The position numbers and the translations under genes were made by a program. The notes beneath the pieces were generated by a model, which worked only from the letters and a program-made list of their open reading frames with translations, was not told the DNA's origin and searched no databases. Shown one piece after another: positions 51,604-64,000 of a stretch of 64,000 nt of DNA (the stretch's first letter is position 1; each line of letters begins with the position of its first letter). The DNA is taken from NCBI RefSeq assembly GCF_963921235.1, contig NC_086129.1, forward strand, positions 35,836,001 through 35,900,000, in the 5' to 3' direction. The stretch is from Mobula hypostoma. Taxonomy: Eukaryota.

Positions 51604-54600
51604 TAGAACATAGAACATAGAATAGTACAGCACAGTACAGGGCCTTTGGCCCACAATGTTATGCCGACCCTCAAACCCTGCCTCCCATATAACCCCCCAC
51701 CTTAAATTCCTCCACATACCTGTCTAGTAGTCCTTAAATTTCACTAGTGTATCTGCCTCCACCACTGATTCAGGCAGTGCATTTCACGCACCAATCACTC
51801 TCTGAGTAAAATACCTTCCTCTAATATCCCCCTTGAAATTCCCACCCCTTACCTTAAAGCCATGTCCTCTTGTACTGAGCATTGGTGCCCTGGGGAAGAG
51901 GCGCTGGCTATCCACTCTATCTATTCCTCTTATTATCTTGTACACCTCTATCATGTCTCCTCTCTTCCTCCTTCTCTCCAAAGAGTAAAGCCCTAGCTCC
52001 CTTAATCTCTGATCATAATGCATACTCTCTAAACCAGGCAGCATCCTGGTAAATCTCCTCTGTACCCTTTCCAATGCTTCCACATCCTTCCTATAGTGAG
52101 GCGACCAGAACTGGACACAGTGTGGCCTAACCAGAGTTTTATAGAGCTGCATCATTACATCGCGACTCTTAAACTCTATCTCTCAACTTATGAAAGCTAA
52201 CACCCCATAAGCTTTCTTTACTACCCTATCCACCTGTGAGGCAACTTTCAGGGATCTGTGGACATGTACCCCCAGATCCCTCTGCTCCTCCACACTACCA
52301 AGTATCCTGCCATTTACTTTGTACTCTGCCTTGGAGTTTGTCCTTCCAAAGTGTACCACCTCACACTTCTCTGGGTTGAACTCCATTTGCCACTTCTCAG
52401 CCCACTTCTGCATCCTATCAATATCTCTCTGCAATCTTTGACAATCCTCTACACTATCTACAACACCACCAACATTTGTGTCATCTGCAAACATGCCAAC
52501 CCACCCTTCTACCCCAACATCCAGGTAGTTAATAAAAATCACGAAAAGTAGAGGTCCCAGAACAGATCCTTGTGGGACACCACTAGTCACAATCCTCCAA
52601 TCTGAATGTACTCCCTCCACCACGACCCTCTGCCTTCTTCAGGCAAGCCAATTCTGAATCCACCTGGCCAAACTTCCCCGGATCCCATGCCTTCTGACTT
52701 TCTGAATAAGACTACCGTGTGGAACCTTGTCAAATGCCTTACTAAAATCCATATAGATCACATCCACTGCACTACCCTCATCTATATGCCTGGTCACCTC
52801 CTCAAAGAACTCTATCAGGCTTGTTAGACACCATCTGCCCTTCACAAAGCCATGCTGACTGTCCCTGATCAGACCATGATTCTCTAAATGCCCAGAGATC
52901 CTATCTCTAAGAATCTTTTCCAGCAGCTTTCCCACCACAGACGCTCCTGGTCTATAATTACCTGGACTATCCCTGCTACCTTTTTTTGAACAAGGGGACA
53001 ACATTCGCCTCCCTCCAATCCTCTGGTACCATTCCCGTGGACAACGAGGACATAAAGATCCTTGCAATCTCTTCCCTCACCTCGTGGAGCAGCCTGGGGA
53101 ATATTCCGTCAGGCCCCGGGGACTTATCTGTCCTAATGTATTTTAACAACTCCAACACCTCCTCTCCCTTAATATCAACATGCTCCAGAACATCAACCTC
53201 ACTCATATTGTCCTCACCATCATCAAGTTCCCTCTCATTGGTGAATACCGAAAAGAAGTATTCATTGAGGACCTCGCTCACTTCCACAGCCTCCAGGCAC
53301 ATCTTCCCACCTTCATCTCTAATCGGTCCTACCTTCACTCCTGTCATCCTTTTTTGCTTCACATAACTGAAGAATGCCTTGGGGTTTTCCTTTACCCTAC
53401 TCGCCAAGGCCTTCTCATGCCCCCTTCTTGCTCTTCTCAGCCCCTTCTTAAGCTCCTTTCTTGCTTCCCTATATTCCTCAATAGACCCATCTGATCCTTG
53501 CTTCCTAAACCTCATGTATGCTGCCTTCTTCCACCTCAGTGGGTCTATTGAGGAATAGATTTTCCACCTCACTTGTCACCCATGGTTCCTTCACCCTACC
53601 ATTCTTTATCTTCCTCAAGGGACAAATTTATCCCGAACATCCTGCAAGAGATCTCTAAATATCGACCACATGTCCATAGTACATTTCCCTGCAAAAACAT
53701 CATCCCAATTCACACCCGTAAGTTCTAGCCTTATAGCCTCATAATTTGCCCTTCCCCAATTAAAAATTTTCCTCTCCTCTCTGATTCTATCCTTTTCCAT
53801 GATAATGCTAAAGGCCAGGGAGCAGTGGTCACTGTCCCCCAGATGCTCACCCACTGAGAGATCTGTGACCTGACCCGGTTCATTACCTAGTACAAGATCT
53901 AGTATGGCATTCCCCCTAGTCAGCCTGTCCACATACTGTGACAGGAATCCGTCCTGGACATACTTAACAAACTCTGCCCCATCTAAACCCTTGGAACTAA
54001 TCAGGTGCCAATCAATATTAGGGAAGTTAAAGTCACCCATGATAACAACCCTGTTATTTTTGCAACTTTCCAGAATCTGCCTCCCAATCTGCTCCTCTGT
54101 ATCTCTGCTGCTACCAGGGGGCCTATAGAATACCCCCAATAGAGTAACTGCTCCCTTCCTGTTCCTGACTTCCACCCATACTGACTCAAAAGAGGATCCT
54201 GCTACATTACCCACCCTTTCTGTAGCTGTAATAGTATCCCTGACCAGTAATGCCACCCCTCCTCCCCCTTTTCCGCCCTCTCTATCCCTTTTAAAGCACT
54301 GAAATCCAGGAATATTGAGAATCCATTCCTGCCCTGGTGCCAGCCCAGTCTCTGTAATGGCCACTACATCATAATTCCATATATGTATGATGCTTCTTGC
54401 ACTGAGGTACATACATTTCAGCCCTTCTACCTTACTGTCTTTACAACGTTTATTCTGCTTCTCTTTCCTCAAAGCCTCTCTATATGTTAGATCTGGCTTT
54501 ACTCCATGCACTTCTTTCACTGCTCTATCGCTCTGGGTCCCATCCCCCTTGCAAATTAGTTTAAACCCTCCCGAACCATGCTAGCAAACCTACCTGCAAG

Positions 54601-55560
54601 GATATTGGTCCCCCTCGAGTTTAGGTGCAACCTATCCAATCTGTACAGGTCCCACCTTCCCCAGAAGAGATCCCAATGGTCCAAAAATCTAAAACCCTGC
54701 TCCCTGCACCAACTCCTCAGCCACGCATTCAACTGCCATCTCCTCCAATTTTTACCATCACTGTCACGTAGCACTGGCAGCGATCCTGAGAATGTCACCC
54801 TTGAGGTCCTGTTCTTCAGCCTTCTGCCTAGTTCCCGAAACTCAAACTTCAGGACCTCATCCCTCTTCCTGCCTATGTCGTTGGTCTCAACATGTATCAC
54901 GACTTCTGGTTGCTTTCCCTCTCGTACCAGGATGTCGTGCACCCGGTCAGAGACATCCCGGACCCTGGCACCCGGGAGGCAACAAACCATGCGGGTGTCC
55001 TTCTCACGTCCACAAAATCTCCTGTCTACTCCCCTGACTATAGTGTCCAATGACAACAGCTCTCCTCTTCTCCGTCCCACCCTTCTGCACCACCGGGTCA
55101 GACAAAGTGCCGGAGGCCCTGCCACCGTGGCTCACACCTGGTCGGTCGTCCCCGCCAACAGTATCCAGGACAGTAAAGTTATTATTCAGGGGAATGGCTA
55201 CAGGAGTGCTCTGCACTACCTGTCTGCTCACCTTCGCTTTCCCCCTCTGACTGTCACCCAACGACCAGCTTCCGACAGCCTAGGTGTGACTACCTCCCAG
55301 TAGCTCTGATCTGTGACTGCCTCATTCTCCCTTATGAGTCGAAGGTCATCCAGCTGCTGCTCCAGATTCCTTACACGGTCTTCCAGATCGCCCAGCCGTA
55401 TGCACTTCTGGCAGATGTGACTCTGCGGGACAGGGGAGTTCCCCCAAGACTGCCACATCTCACATGAGAGGCACATCACCGTCTCAGGAGGCATTCTAAA
55501 GAGTAACTGTGAGCAAGCTTGTCCTCTGCCTCTTCTCATCGAAGCCTCTCGAGTCAAAGC
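51604..55560 (-). mobile_element. Near full-length, frameshifted CR1 LINE (ORF1 zinc finger/coiled coil and SGNH esterase; ORF2 AP endonuclease and RT)
   Basis: ORFs 55228..55596, 54556..55125 (VCCLPGARVRD, HVETND, LHLN), 53615..54520 (GDFNFP, SDH), 52183..53572 (DFSKAFDKVPH, GVPQGSVLGP, FADD), 51784..52155; (TTCTATG)n tail. Confidence 0.95.
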
Positions 55561-58500
55561 AATTTTGCAAATCATTATGATCTGCTTCACTATCAATGGG
55601 ACCCCTAATTAATAGTAAGAGAAAAATGGAGGGCTATGGGTAACCCTAGGTAATTTCTAAGGTAATTACATGTTTGGCACAGCTTTGTGGGCCGAAGGGC
55701 CTGTATTGTGCTGTAGGTTTTCTATGTTTCTAAGTCCCAAAGAAAACAACCCAAGCTCCCCTTCTCAGAGCTGGAATGTTCTGGTTCTGTCAAGAGTCTT
55801 GAAAGAAGTGGCAAGTGAGAATTGATACAATGGTTCTAATTTTCCATAGTTTCTTGGATTTGGGAAGGTTACTATTTCTTAGTCACTCATTTCAGTATTG
55901 TGCAGACTACACCTCTGTGATTGCTTCATATGTTTACGTCCTTTCTGTGGGACGGTGGTGGAGTGTTATCCTTAGTACTCATTGTGCTCTGTTAATTATT
56001 TAAATCAACAGCAGAGTTAGACCACTTGAGCCTGCTTCCTGATTTAATGAGGTCATGATGGATTTAATTGTAACTCTGCACAGTTTTTAATCTAGTCCCA
56101 GTAATCTATCACTCCATTGCTTGTCAAGTTTCAATATACCCTGTAACTTGGCCTTAGGAAAATTCAGATCTCTGCTTCAACCACTATTTGAAAAAGAGAG
56201 CTCTAAAGACTCAAAGTCCTCGAAGACAAAACATTCGATGACCCCTTATTGTGAAGCAGTGATTCCAGTTCCAGATAACCCATGAGGAAACATCCTCTCT
56301 CGTTGATCCTGTCAAGATCCCTTATATGTTTCAATCAAGCAATCTCCCAGTTTTCTAAAGTGCACACACAAAAGATAACCGGTTCAGTCTTTCCTCATGA
56401 GACAACCCACCTATTTCAGATATTGTTTCCACTGAGCAGTTCCTGTCCTTGTTTAATTGAACTATGCACACCATTCCAGATGTGGTCTCACTCATACCCC
56501 ATCTAACTGAAGAATAATCTGCCCACTAGTGAATGCAACCCCTCTGACAATAAATAATACTGCATTTCTTATTTATTTGCTGTAGCTTTATTTTCATCTT
56601 TAGTAATCCATGCTCTCAGACACCAAAATCCATTTGTATCTCTAAGCTGTAACATTAACACCAATTACATCATGTACTGCATATCTTTTATTTTCCCTAC
56701 TAAAAAGGACAATTCCACAATTTCCACCATACATTTTGTCACCTCTTACATCCTCTTCACAACTTGCTTTCACACTAATTGTGTCACTGACAAATTTAAC
56801 ACCGTAACTTTATCCAGGCCAGCTGTACTCGTTAAAGTAAAGATGAAGTTACACCCGTGTTTCTTTGCCTGGCCATTTTGCTTACATGCAGTACATACAT
56901 TCATATCTGCATTTTGCACCGAACAGAACTCCCTCGGGTTCTTTGATGGTTTTTTCACAGCAATGCCAATTTTACACTCTATTAAATATGAGCTTTGGTG
57001 CAGTAAAAGCCTGAGCCTGAGTGAGATCAAGTGTAAGTGTACAGATAACTGCTAAATCTCAGAAGATCCCACAATTAGCAATTTGCAGGTTATTCCATTC
57101 AGTGATGATTTCTCCAATTCCTTCCTTCGATTGGCTCTTAGTTTTAGTTACCAGATTTATAGCTTTAGACAGTTTCTGAAGGCACTGGATTAAAGTGAGT
57201 GCCTAATATCGTAACTGCCTCAGTGAGTAGATCAAATACCTACCAATAAATGAAATACCACTGTTCAAATTAATTTCTACATACTAGTTTTCTTTCTTGA
57301 GTAAATCGCCCTGTTCTGCTCATTTTCTCCTCTTTCCACTGCACTATAATATCATTACCGCAGGGGGAAAAAAATCTCCATTTGCTTCAAGTATGCATTA
57401 AACAATCCTGCGTCTTGTCACAATTTAACCTTCCAATATATCCAGCCATACTCCAGTCTACCATTTTCCTCAAGTATCATTTACCTGAACAACCTGTTCA
57501 TGTAATTTGATGTCTGGACGCAGTGCCACATTTTCAGTTTCCCCAAACTCATTTAGTGTCACGTCCCATACTTTTTGCAGCCTTGCCAATAACTCACAAC
57601 AGGCATCAGCCACTTGACACAGTATTCACAGGTCAACTCTACATCGAGTGGAGCTACTGTCCCACAGTGTCCCCATCTGGGTTCAACCCTGACCTTGAGC
57701 ACTGTCAGCTTCAGATCCATCTATACATCATGTGTAGATCAAAACAGACATTTCCGTTAACAGCCAACACAATCTACGGCAGCCTGCAAGTGTCGCTATG
57801 CATTCCAACACCAACACAACATGCCCACAACGCTCGGCAGAGCAAGACAAAACACACAAGCAACAAAACAACTACAGCAAAACAATCCCTGTTCCTCCCT
57901 CCCACACACACAAACAAACTGTTGTCCAACCCCAGGACAGGCCTCTGGGCCTCCAGCATCCAGTGAACTTGTAGATTCACAGACACTGGGCTTTGTTTTC
58001 CCCATTGGATTCGCAGTGGACTCAGGGCTCTGTGTGCAGTTTGCACGTTGTACATGAAGCAAAGTGGGTTTTCTTCAAATGCTCCTTTTCCTGACACACC
58101 TCAAAGTCAGACAGGTTGGTAGGTTATTGGACATTGTAAATTGCCGATAGACGGTTAGGATATGGGGAGATTTGAATGGAATGTGGGAAGAATTTAAAAA
58201 TGCAGTTAATATAGTGTTAATGTAGGCTGTTGTTTGTCAAGGACTCCATTGGCCAAAGGCCTGTTTCTGTGCTGTGTGACTCTGTGACCATGAGGTCGCA
58301 GGTTTAAGCAACAGTGATTGTCTTGTGTGAATATGTTCACATGGAGAACTTTTAAGGCCTTAGCAGGTAAAACGATACAAAATCATAGATTCTTTTATCT
58401 CAGACAGGTCCTTGTTAGGCCCAGCATTTCTGTCTAAGGAATTAATTCCAATCATCACACTTTCCACATGGCTTTACAATTTGCTTCCTCTCGATCTATT

Positions 58501-58753
58501 TGCAGAGGCAAGGGGAGACTCTTTCCATCCACTCCACAAGATTCATTCCAGACGCCAGCAACTCATTATTCCGACATCTCCAATCTGCTTCCTTTGCTGA
58601 TGATCTCGAATCAATGTCCTCAGGTTACCTAACCTGCTGCCAATGATGACAGACTCTCCCTGTCATTAAAAATACCTCACCCCAAGTCCATAGAGTGATC
58701 TAATGTTCCAGAGGTAACAAATCACGGCCTTTGGACTGAAAATTTAATCTTGA

Positions 58754-58973
58754 ATGAAATTTGCCCTCTCAGGTTGAGTTGGAGTCATGGTGAAGGCAGC
58801 AGTTCAGAGTAACATTCTTGTTGGAAGCTCCACATTCTCCTGGTTTTCAGGGCAAGTCCACGAGTTGAACACAAATGTACCAACTTTGTTATCAGCTGCT
58901 GATAAGGTGCCCTTATATAGAGTGAGCGTCTGTGGGCTGCCACAGATCTCCTGGAAGAACACAGCAGAAACAG
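58754..58973 (+). promoter_or_regulatory. Type-B promoter and non-coding exon 1 of copy 5
   Basis: Single GATA-GATA-TATA module (TTATATAG 58913-58920); donor after 58973. Confidence 0.75.
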
Positions 58974-59430
58974 GTGAGAGGAGCCCTGACGCTCACTTTC
59001 CTCCACCCCAGCGAGCTTGCCTGCTTCTCCTTTTAACTACTCTCAATGGACAGCTTCACTGATCAGGCAATTGGTCAAGGCACAGAAACAAAAGAACAGC
59101 TTTCTGTTTCTGTAATGTTACAGGGTATAATTAACTGGGAATTTGATAGGTTCTTCATTAGTATGGGATCAAAGTTTATGGGGAGAATGTAAGAGAATGG
59201 GGCTGAGAGAGAAAATAAATCAGTTTTGACTGAATGGACGAGCAGATTTGCTGGGCCAAAAGGCTCAATTCTGCTCCTGTGATTTATGGTTTTATAACTG
59301 ACACGTCACAGACTAGATGTGTGGAGGATACTTTCTCTGGCTGAAGAGTTCAGGATCCCGGGGTGGGGTCAGAGTTTCAGAGTAAGGGGTGTGCCATTAA
59401 GGACTTCAAAAAGAAAGAATGTTGTAAATT

Positions 59431-60542
59431 GTTCAAAAAAGGTAGTAGGAATAGTCCGGGTAATTATAGACCAGTGAGCCTTACATCTGTGGTGGGAAGT
59501 TTGGCCAGGTGGATTCAGAATTGGCTTGCCTGCAGAAAGCAGAGGGTCGTGGTGGAGGGAATACATTCGGATTGTAGGGTTCTGAGACCTCTACTTTTCA
59601 TGATTTTTATTAATGACCTGGATGTGGGGGTAGAAGGGTGGGTTTGCAAGTTTGCAGATGACACAAAGGTTGGTGGTGTTGTAGATAGTGTAGAGGATTG
59701 TTGAAGGTTGCAGAGAGACATTGATAGGATGCAGAAGTGGGCTGAGAAGTGGCAGATGGAGTTGAACCCGGAGAAGTGTGAGGTGGTACACGTTGGAAGG
59801 ACAAACTCCAAGGCAGAGTACAAAGTAAATGGCAGGATAATTGGTAGTGTGGAGGAGCAGAGGGATCTGGGGTACACGTCCATAGATCCCTTAAAGTTGC
59901 CTCACAGTTAGATAGGGTATTTACGAAAGCTTATGGGGTGTTAGCTTTCATAAATCGAGGGATAGAGTTTAAGAGTCGCGGGGTAATGATGCAGCTCTAT
60001 AAAACTCTGGTTAGGCCACAGTTGGAGTACTGTGTCCAGTTCTGGTTGCCTCACTATAGGAAGGATATTGAGGCATTGGAAAGGGTACAGAGGAGATTTA
60101 CCAGGATGCTGCCTGGTTTAGAGAGTATGCATTATGATCAGAGATTAAGGGAGCTAGGGCTTTACTCTTTGGAGAGAAGGAGGATGAGAGGAGACATGAT
60201 AGAGGTGTACAAGATAAAAAGAGGAATAGATAGAGTGGATAGCCAGCGCCTCTTCCCCAGGGCTCCACTGCTCAGTAGGAGAGGACATGACTTTAAGGTA
60301 AGGGGTGGGAATTTCAAGGGGGATATTAGAGGAAGGTTTTTTACTCAGAGAGTGGTTGGTGCTTGGAATGCACTGCCTGAGTCAGTGGTAGAGGCAGATA
60401 CACTAGTGAAATTTAAGAGACTACTAGACAGGTATATGGAGGAATTTAAGGTGGGTGGTTATATGGAGGCAGGGTTTGAGGGTCGGCACAACATTGTGGG
60501 CCGAACGGCCTGTACTGTGCTGTACTGTTCTATGTTCGATGT
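59431..60542 (+). mobile_element. Internally deleted CR1 fragment inserted in intron 1 of copy 5
   Basis: Interrupts TGTAAATT|AGAGGTC, which is contiguous in copies 2-4; FADD and LVRPQLEYC motifs; 3' tail. Confidence 0.92.
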
Positions 60543-60893
60543 TTAGAGGTCAGTAGGTCTTTGGAAGTCTGGAGGTCTCAGTCACTGAGCTCATTCAAAG
60601 CAGAAATGGATATATTTCTGGTTGCCATGGGCACCTAGGTATATTGGGAGAATGCAGAAAATGGTGGTGAGCTCAATGATCAGCTTTGATCTCAATAACT
60701 GAACAGGTTCAAAGGGCTGGATGCTGACTCCTTGTATAACAAATAGAGTTCAGAAGGGGGCAGTAATACTCGGGTAGATTTTCCATGTGGGTTTAAACCC
60801 TGGACTAACTTTGATTGTTTTTTTTTCCATAGATTGACTGTAAAGGGACATAGAAATAATCTGCCATACTCAATATCATTTGAGAACACCACC

Positions 60894-60942
60894 ATGTTTC
60901 CCAAAGCAATCCTCCTGCTTCTGGCTGCTGCCTTTCTCACAG
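60894..60942 (+). CDS. APOA4: ApoA-IV-like copy 5, exon 2
   Basis: Signal-peptide exon, Kozak context, GT donor. Confidence 0.9.
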
Positions 60943-61373
60943 GTATGAGATTCAAATATTCCTGTTCTCTTATTCTGGGACGATGACTGGGATTTTATTG
61001 CCATTTCCAGTCTTCATAGGTGGTTCTTGATTGACCTTGGACTCACTAGCTTCACTTCACTGATGTGCACCTGATTTTAGCTCTGATCTGAATTCTGGAG
61101 CCCCTTGCATTGTCCATTCCTCCACACATCAGCTCCTGGTTGCAACTTGTTCCTCCCCTTACTGGGTTTGTTTTAAGTCCCCGTTACAAATAATCAAAGA
61201 CCTGGGATTTTACTCAACGACTCATTCAGCTACAGTATATCCCCAAAGAGGAGTGATCAGCAAGATACAGAGTGAAGTCTTGTTACGCATCATTTGGTTG
61301 AATGAACAGTAGATGTTGTGGAATGTTCCTGCTGTGTTCCTACCCTGATCACCTCAAATTTTCCTTCCCATAG

Positions 61374-61500
61374 GCTGTCAGGCTGAGATCAATGGAGATC
61401 AGATTCGAGATGCCTTCTGGAATTACATCAGCCAAATGACTGAGGAAGCCCAGGATAGTGTCGAGCTGATCCAGAGCTCAGAAATCGGACAGCAACTCAA
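61374..61500 (+). CDS. APOA4: ApoA-IV-like copy 5, exon 3
   Basis: 127 nt open exon; AG/GT boundaries. Confidence 0.9.
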
Positions 61501-62254
61501 GTGAGCATTTGGGGTTTTAATGGGTACTAAGAATAGATCAGCAACGTCTATTGAGCAAGGAGCTGGCCAGGCATGCCTTAGGACTGGAGCACTGCAACAG
61601 TCCACGAGGTTCTTTACAATTATTTTATAGAATCTGATCCTCACCAACATTATTGTCCAGCTCTATTTGTTAATTGACCAGTTTAAGATGCCAGTGAAGT
61701 CTCAACTATGGACACAGATTTCCTTCCCTTAAGGACATTATGGACTTCTATAATAACACAGTCAATCTGCTATAACAAGAGTGATATTTTGAATTCCAGA
61801 TGTATTATTTATCTACTCTAATGTAAGTGTTTTTCACGAGGAGCTGAGTTCATTATTTCAGATTAATCGTCATGGTTTTGTAGATTGGTTTTACCAGGAA
61901 CATAACCACTGTGCTGTAATATTAAAGTGAAGGTTCCTCAGCAAGTTTAAAAACAAACAAGAATGAGAATAAATGATAAAAGGGGTAAACTCATCAGGGC
62001 TTGTGGAACAGATACCCAGCAAAACTTAACAGATAGGTAATAATAAATTGAATGAAAACTATTGTGTGACTCACATCCTCCCTCTGCAATGAACATCTAC
62101 AGTTATCCTTAGAAGATTTTGTGATCCAAAATGTCCTTTATAAGCTCTCCTTTCCAGTGTACATTTGTTTCAGAACCAGCCTTGTATGTAGCTCTGTCTA
62201 AATGTACCTCTTTCCTGTAACGAGAATAAGAAACAACTGTCTCTTCTTTTCCAG

Positions 62255-63155
62255 TCACCTTATTCAGGATAATCTGCAGACTGCCAATGACTATGCTGAG
62301 GATCTCCGACAGAAGTTGGCTCCTTACACCGATGGTCTTCATGAGAAGATGACAGTCGACATTGAGAGCCTTCGCCAGCAGATAAGAGAACAGCTGGAAG
62401 ACCTGAGGGAGAAACTTGCTCCCTTTGCTGATGGAGTTCATCGGAAGATCAGCAGGAACATTGAAGAATTTCATCAGAAGTTGACCCCTTTTGCTGAAGA
62501 CCTGGGCCAACAGCTGCGTAAGAATGCAGAGGATCTTCGGCAGAAGTTGACTCCCTTTACTGAAGAGCTACAGGCCAGATTGGAAGTGAGCACAGAGAAC
62601 CTGAGGGAAGTCCTGACTCCCTACGCTGAGGAGCTCCAGATGAAGATTGATGAAAACATGGACACCCTCAGGCAGGATGTGGCTGCCAAAGCTGCTGAAT
62701 TCCGCTCCAGGTTTAATGAGAATGTCCAGGAGCTTCGCAATAGCTTGGCCCCCTATGCCAAGGATGTCCAGATCAAGATGAACCAACAAATTGGAGAAAT
62801 GTCCCAGATGGTTGAACCATATGCCGAGAAGCTCCAGGCAAAAGTCAATGAGCATGTGGATGTTCTGAACCAAAGGCTGAACCCTTACATCGTCGAACTG
62901 AAGGCTAAACTTAACGAGAACATGGACCAGAACCTGGGCCAATTCATTGAAAATTTCAACACCAACGTTAACCAGGGAATCGAGGAGTTCCATCAGAACC
63001 TGGCTCCCTACACTGAGCAGCTGAAACAAATCATCAGTCAGAATGTGAAGGAGATGCAGGACAGACTTGTCCTGAATGGAGGTAATGTTCAGCAGGATCT
63101 TCAGACCCAGCTCACCAATTTATGGGGCAACTTCTGGCAGCATCTGCAGAACTAA
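62255..63155 (+). CDS. APOA4: ApoA-IV-like copy 5, exon 4, followed by a unique 3'UTR
   Basis: 22-aa helical repeats; AATAAA at 63306-63311. Confidence 0.92.
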
Positions 63156-64000
63156 CTGATAAGTAGAATTTACTTTGTTGTCCTCTTGGTGCACAGATAA
63201 AGGAATGCTTAAATGTAACTCTCCCCACTCTCTTTATTTTTTGCAAAGAGGAATATATCAATATCATTGATTATATTTTTGAGTCTGAATTTCTGAAGTA
63301 TGTACAATAAAAGTTTGAATTACCTTTTGATCCATCACATTTGCATGTTTTATTTTCATAATAGAAATCGTCTCTTCGTATACTTACATTTTTGTAAATA
63401 TTATAAGAAATTCACTCATGTAACACATTTCCTTCAGTGTTGTACCATTGGTAATTAACATTATCTGGACTGAGCCCTGGAAATGACCACTTCTCAATGA
63501 TTTTGCATCACTTCAGATTTTCAATTCAGACCCTCCTTAGTCTGAGACATCCTTGTTGAATTGGTGCCATTTCTGGTTTTGTCTATCTCAGACTTATATT
63601 TTTTGCTATTCTCCCTCAGGAGCATTTGAGGAAAACCGGAATATTTTTCCCCAGAGGCAACTCTCTGTGGGCACTTCTCAACCCAAGGCATGCTGCTAAA
63701 TAGATTGAGACTCCTAAACAATGAATCTTTTACTTATTTTGTGTCTTCAGGCTTGTCTGCAATATGGTACAGTCCTCCCACTATGACAGGTGTCCAAAGG
63801 TTGAGGCATTGCTTTTCAAATGATTGCACACTCCTTACATGGTGATGTATATGCTCACTCCAGATTCAAGCTAGTTTATTGTCATATACAGCAGGGTGCA
63901 ATGAAATTCCTCACTCGTGTGATGTTCACTGTGTAAGCAGTATACATATACAATAACAAATACTACAATGGTAATAATACATAACGTATGGTCCATGTCT

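Noticed and set aside
54556-55125. SGNH hydrolase-like ORF as a captured lipid-metabolism gene
   Set aside because: Esterase domains are a known part of CR1 ORF1 and this one is colinear with the element
63521-63721. 66-aa minus-strand ORF as an exon of a neighbouring gene
   Set aside because: No recognisable homology or convincing splice structure
1-64000. CRISPR arrays, operons or other prokaryotic systems
   Set aside because: The sequence is intron-containing vertebrate DNA with no repeat-spacer arrays

Overview
Eukaryotic genomic DNA, most likely from a cartilaginous fish (ray-like; inferred from the CR1/SINE repeat content). Positions 1-9.5 kb hold the first six coding exons of ZPR1 on the minus strand; the gene continues off the left edge. 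Head-to-head with it is a tandem array of five apolipoprotein A-IV-like genes on the plus strand, each with four exons (one non-coding, then 49, 127 or 112, and 901 coding nt). The main result is the array's architecture. Copy 1 has its own promoter and 5' exons (type A) and carries two in-frame stops in exon 3. Copy 5 has a different 5' end (type B) and a unique 3'UTR. Copies 2-4 join the type-B 5' end to the type-A 3'UTR, as expected for anti-Lepore-type hybrid genes made by unequal crossing-over in a homogenised last exon. Two repeat units are near-identical 9,167-bp copies, and copies 3 and 4 carry a 43-bp tandem duplication of the GATA-GATA-TATA core promoter. Spacers are mosaics marked by unit-specific LTR, L1, Rex1-like and CR1 insertions. 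All identities were judged by eye; no alignment or database search was run.
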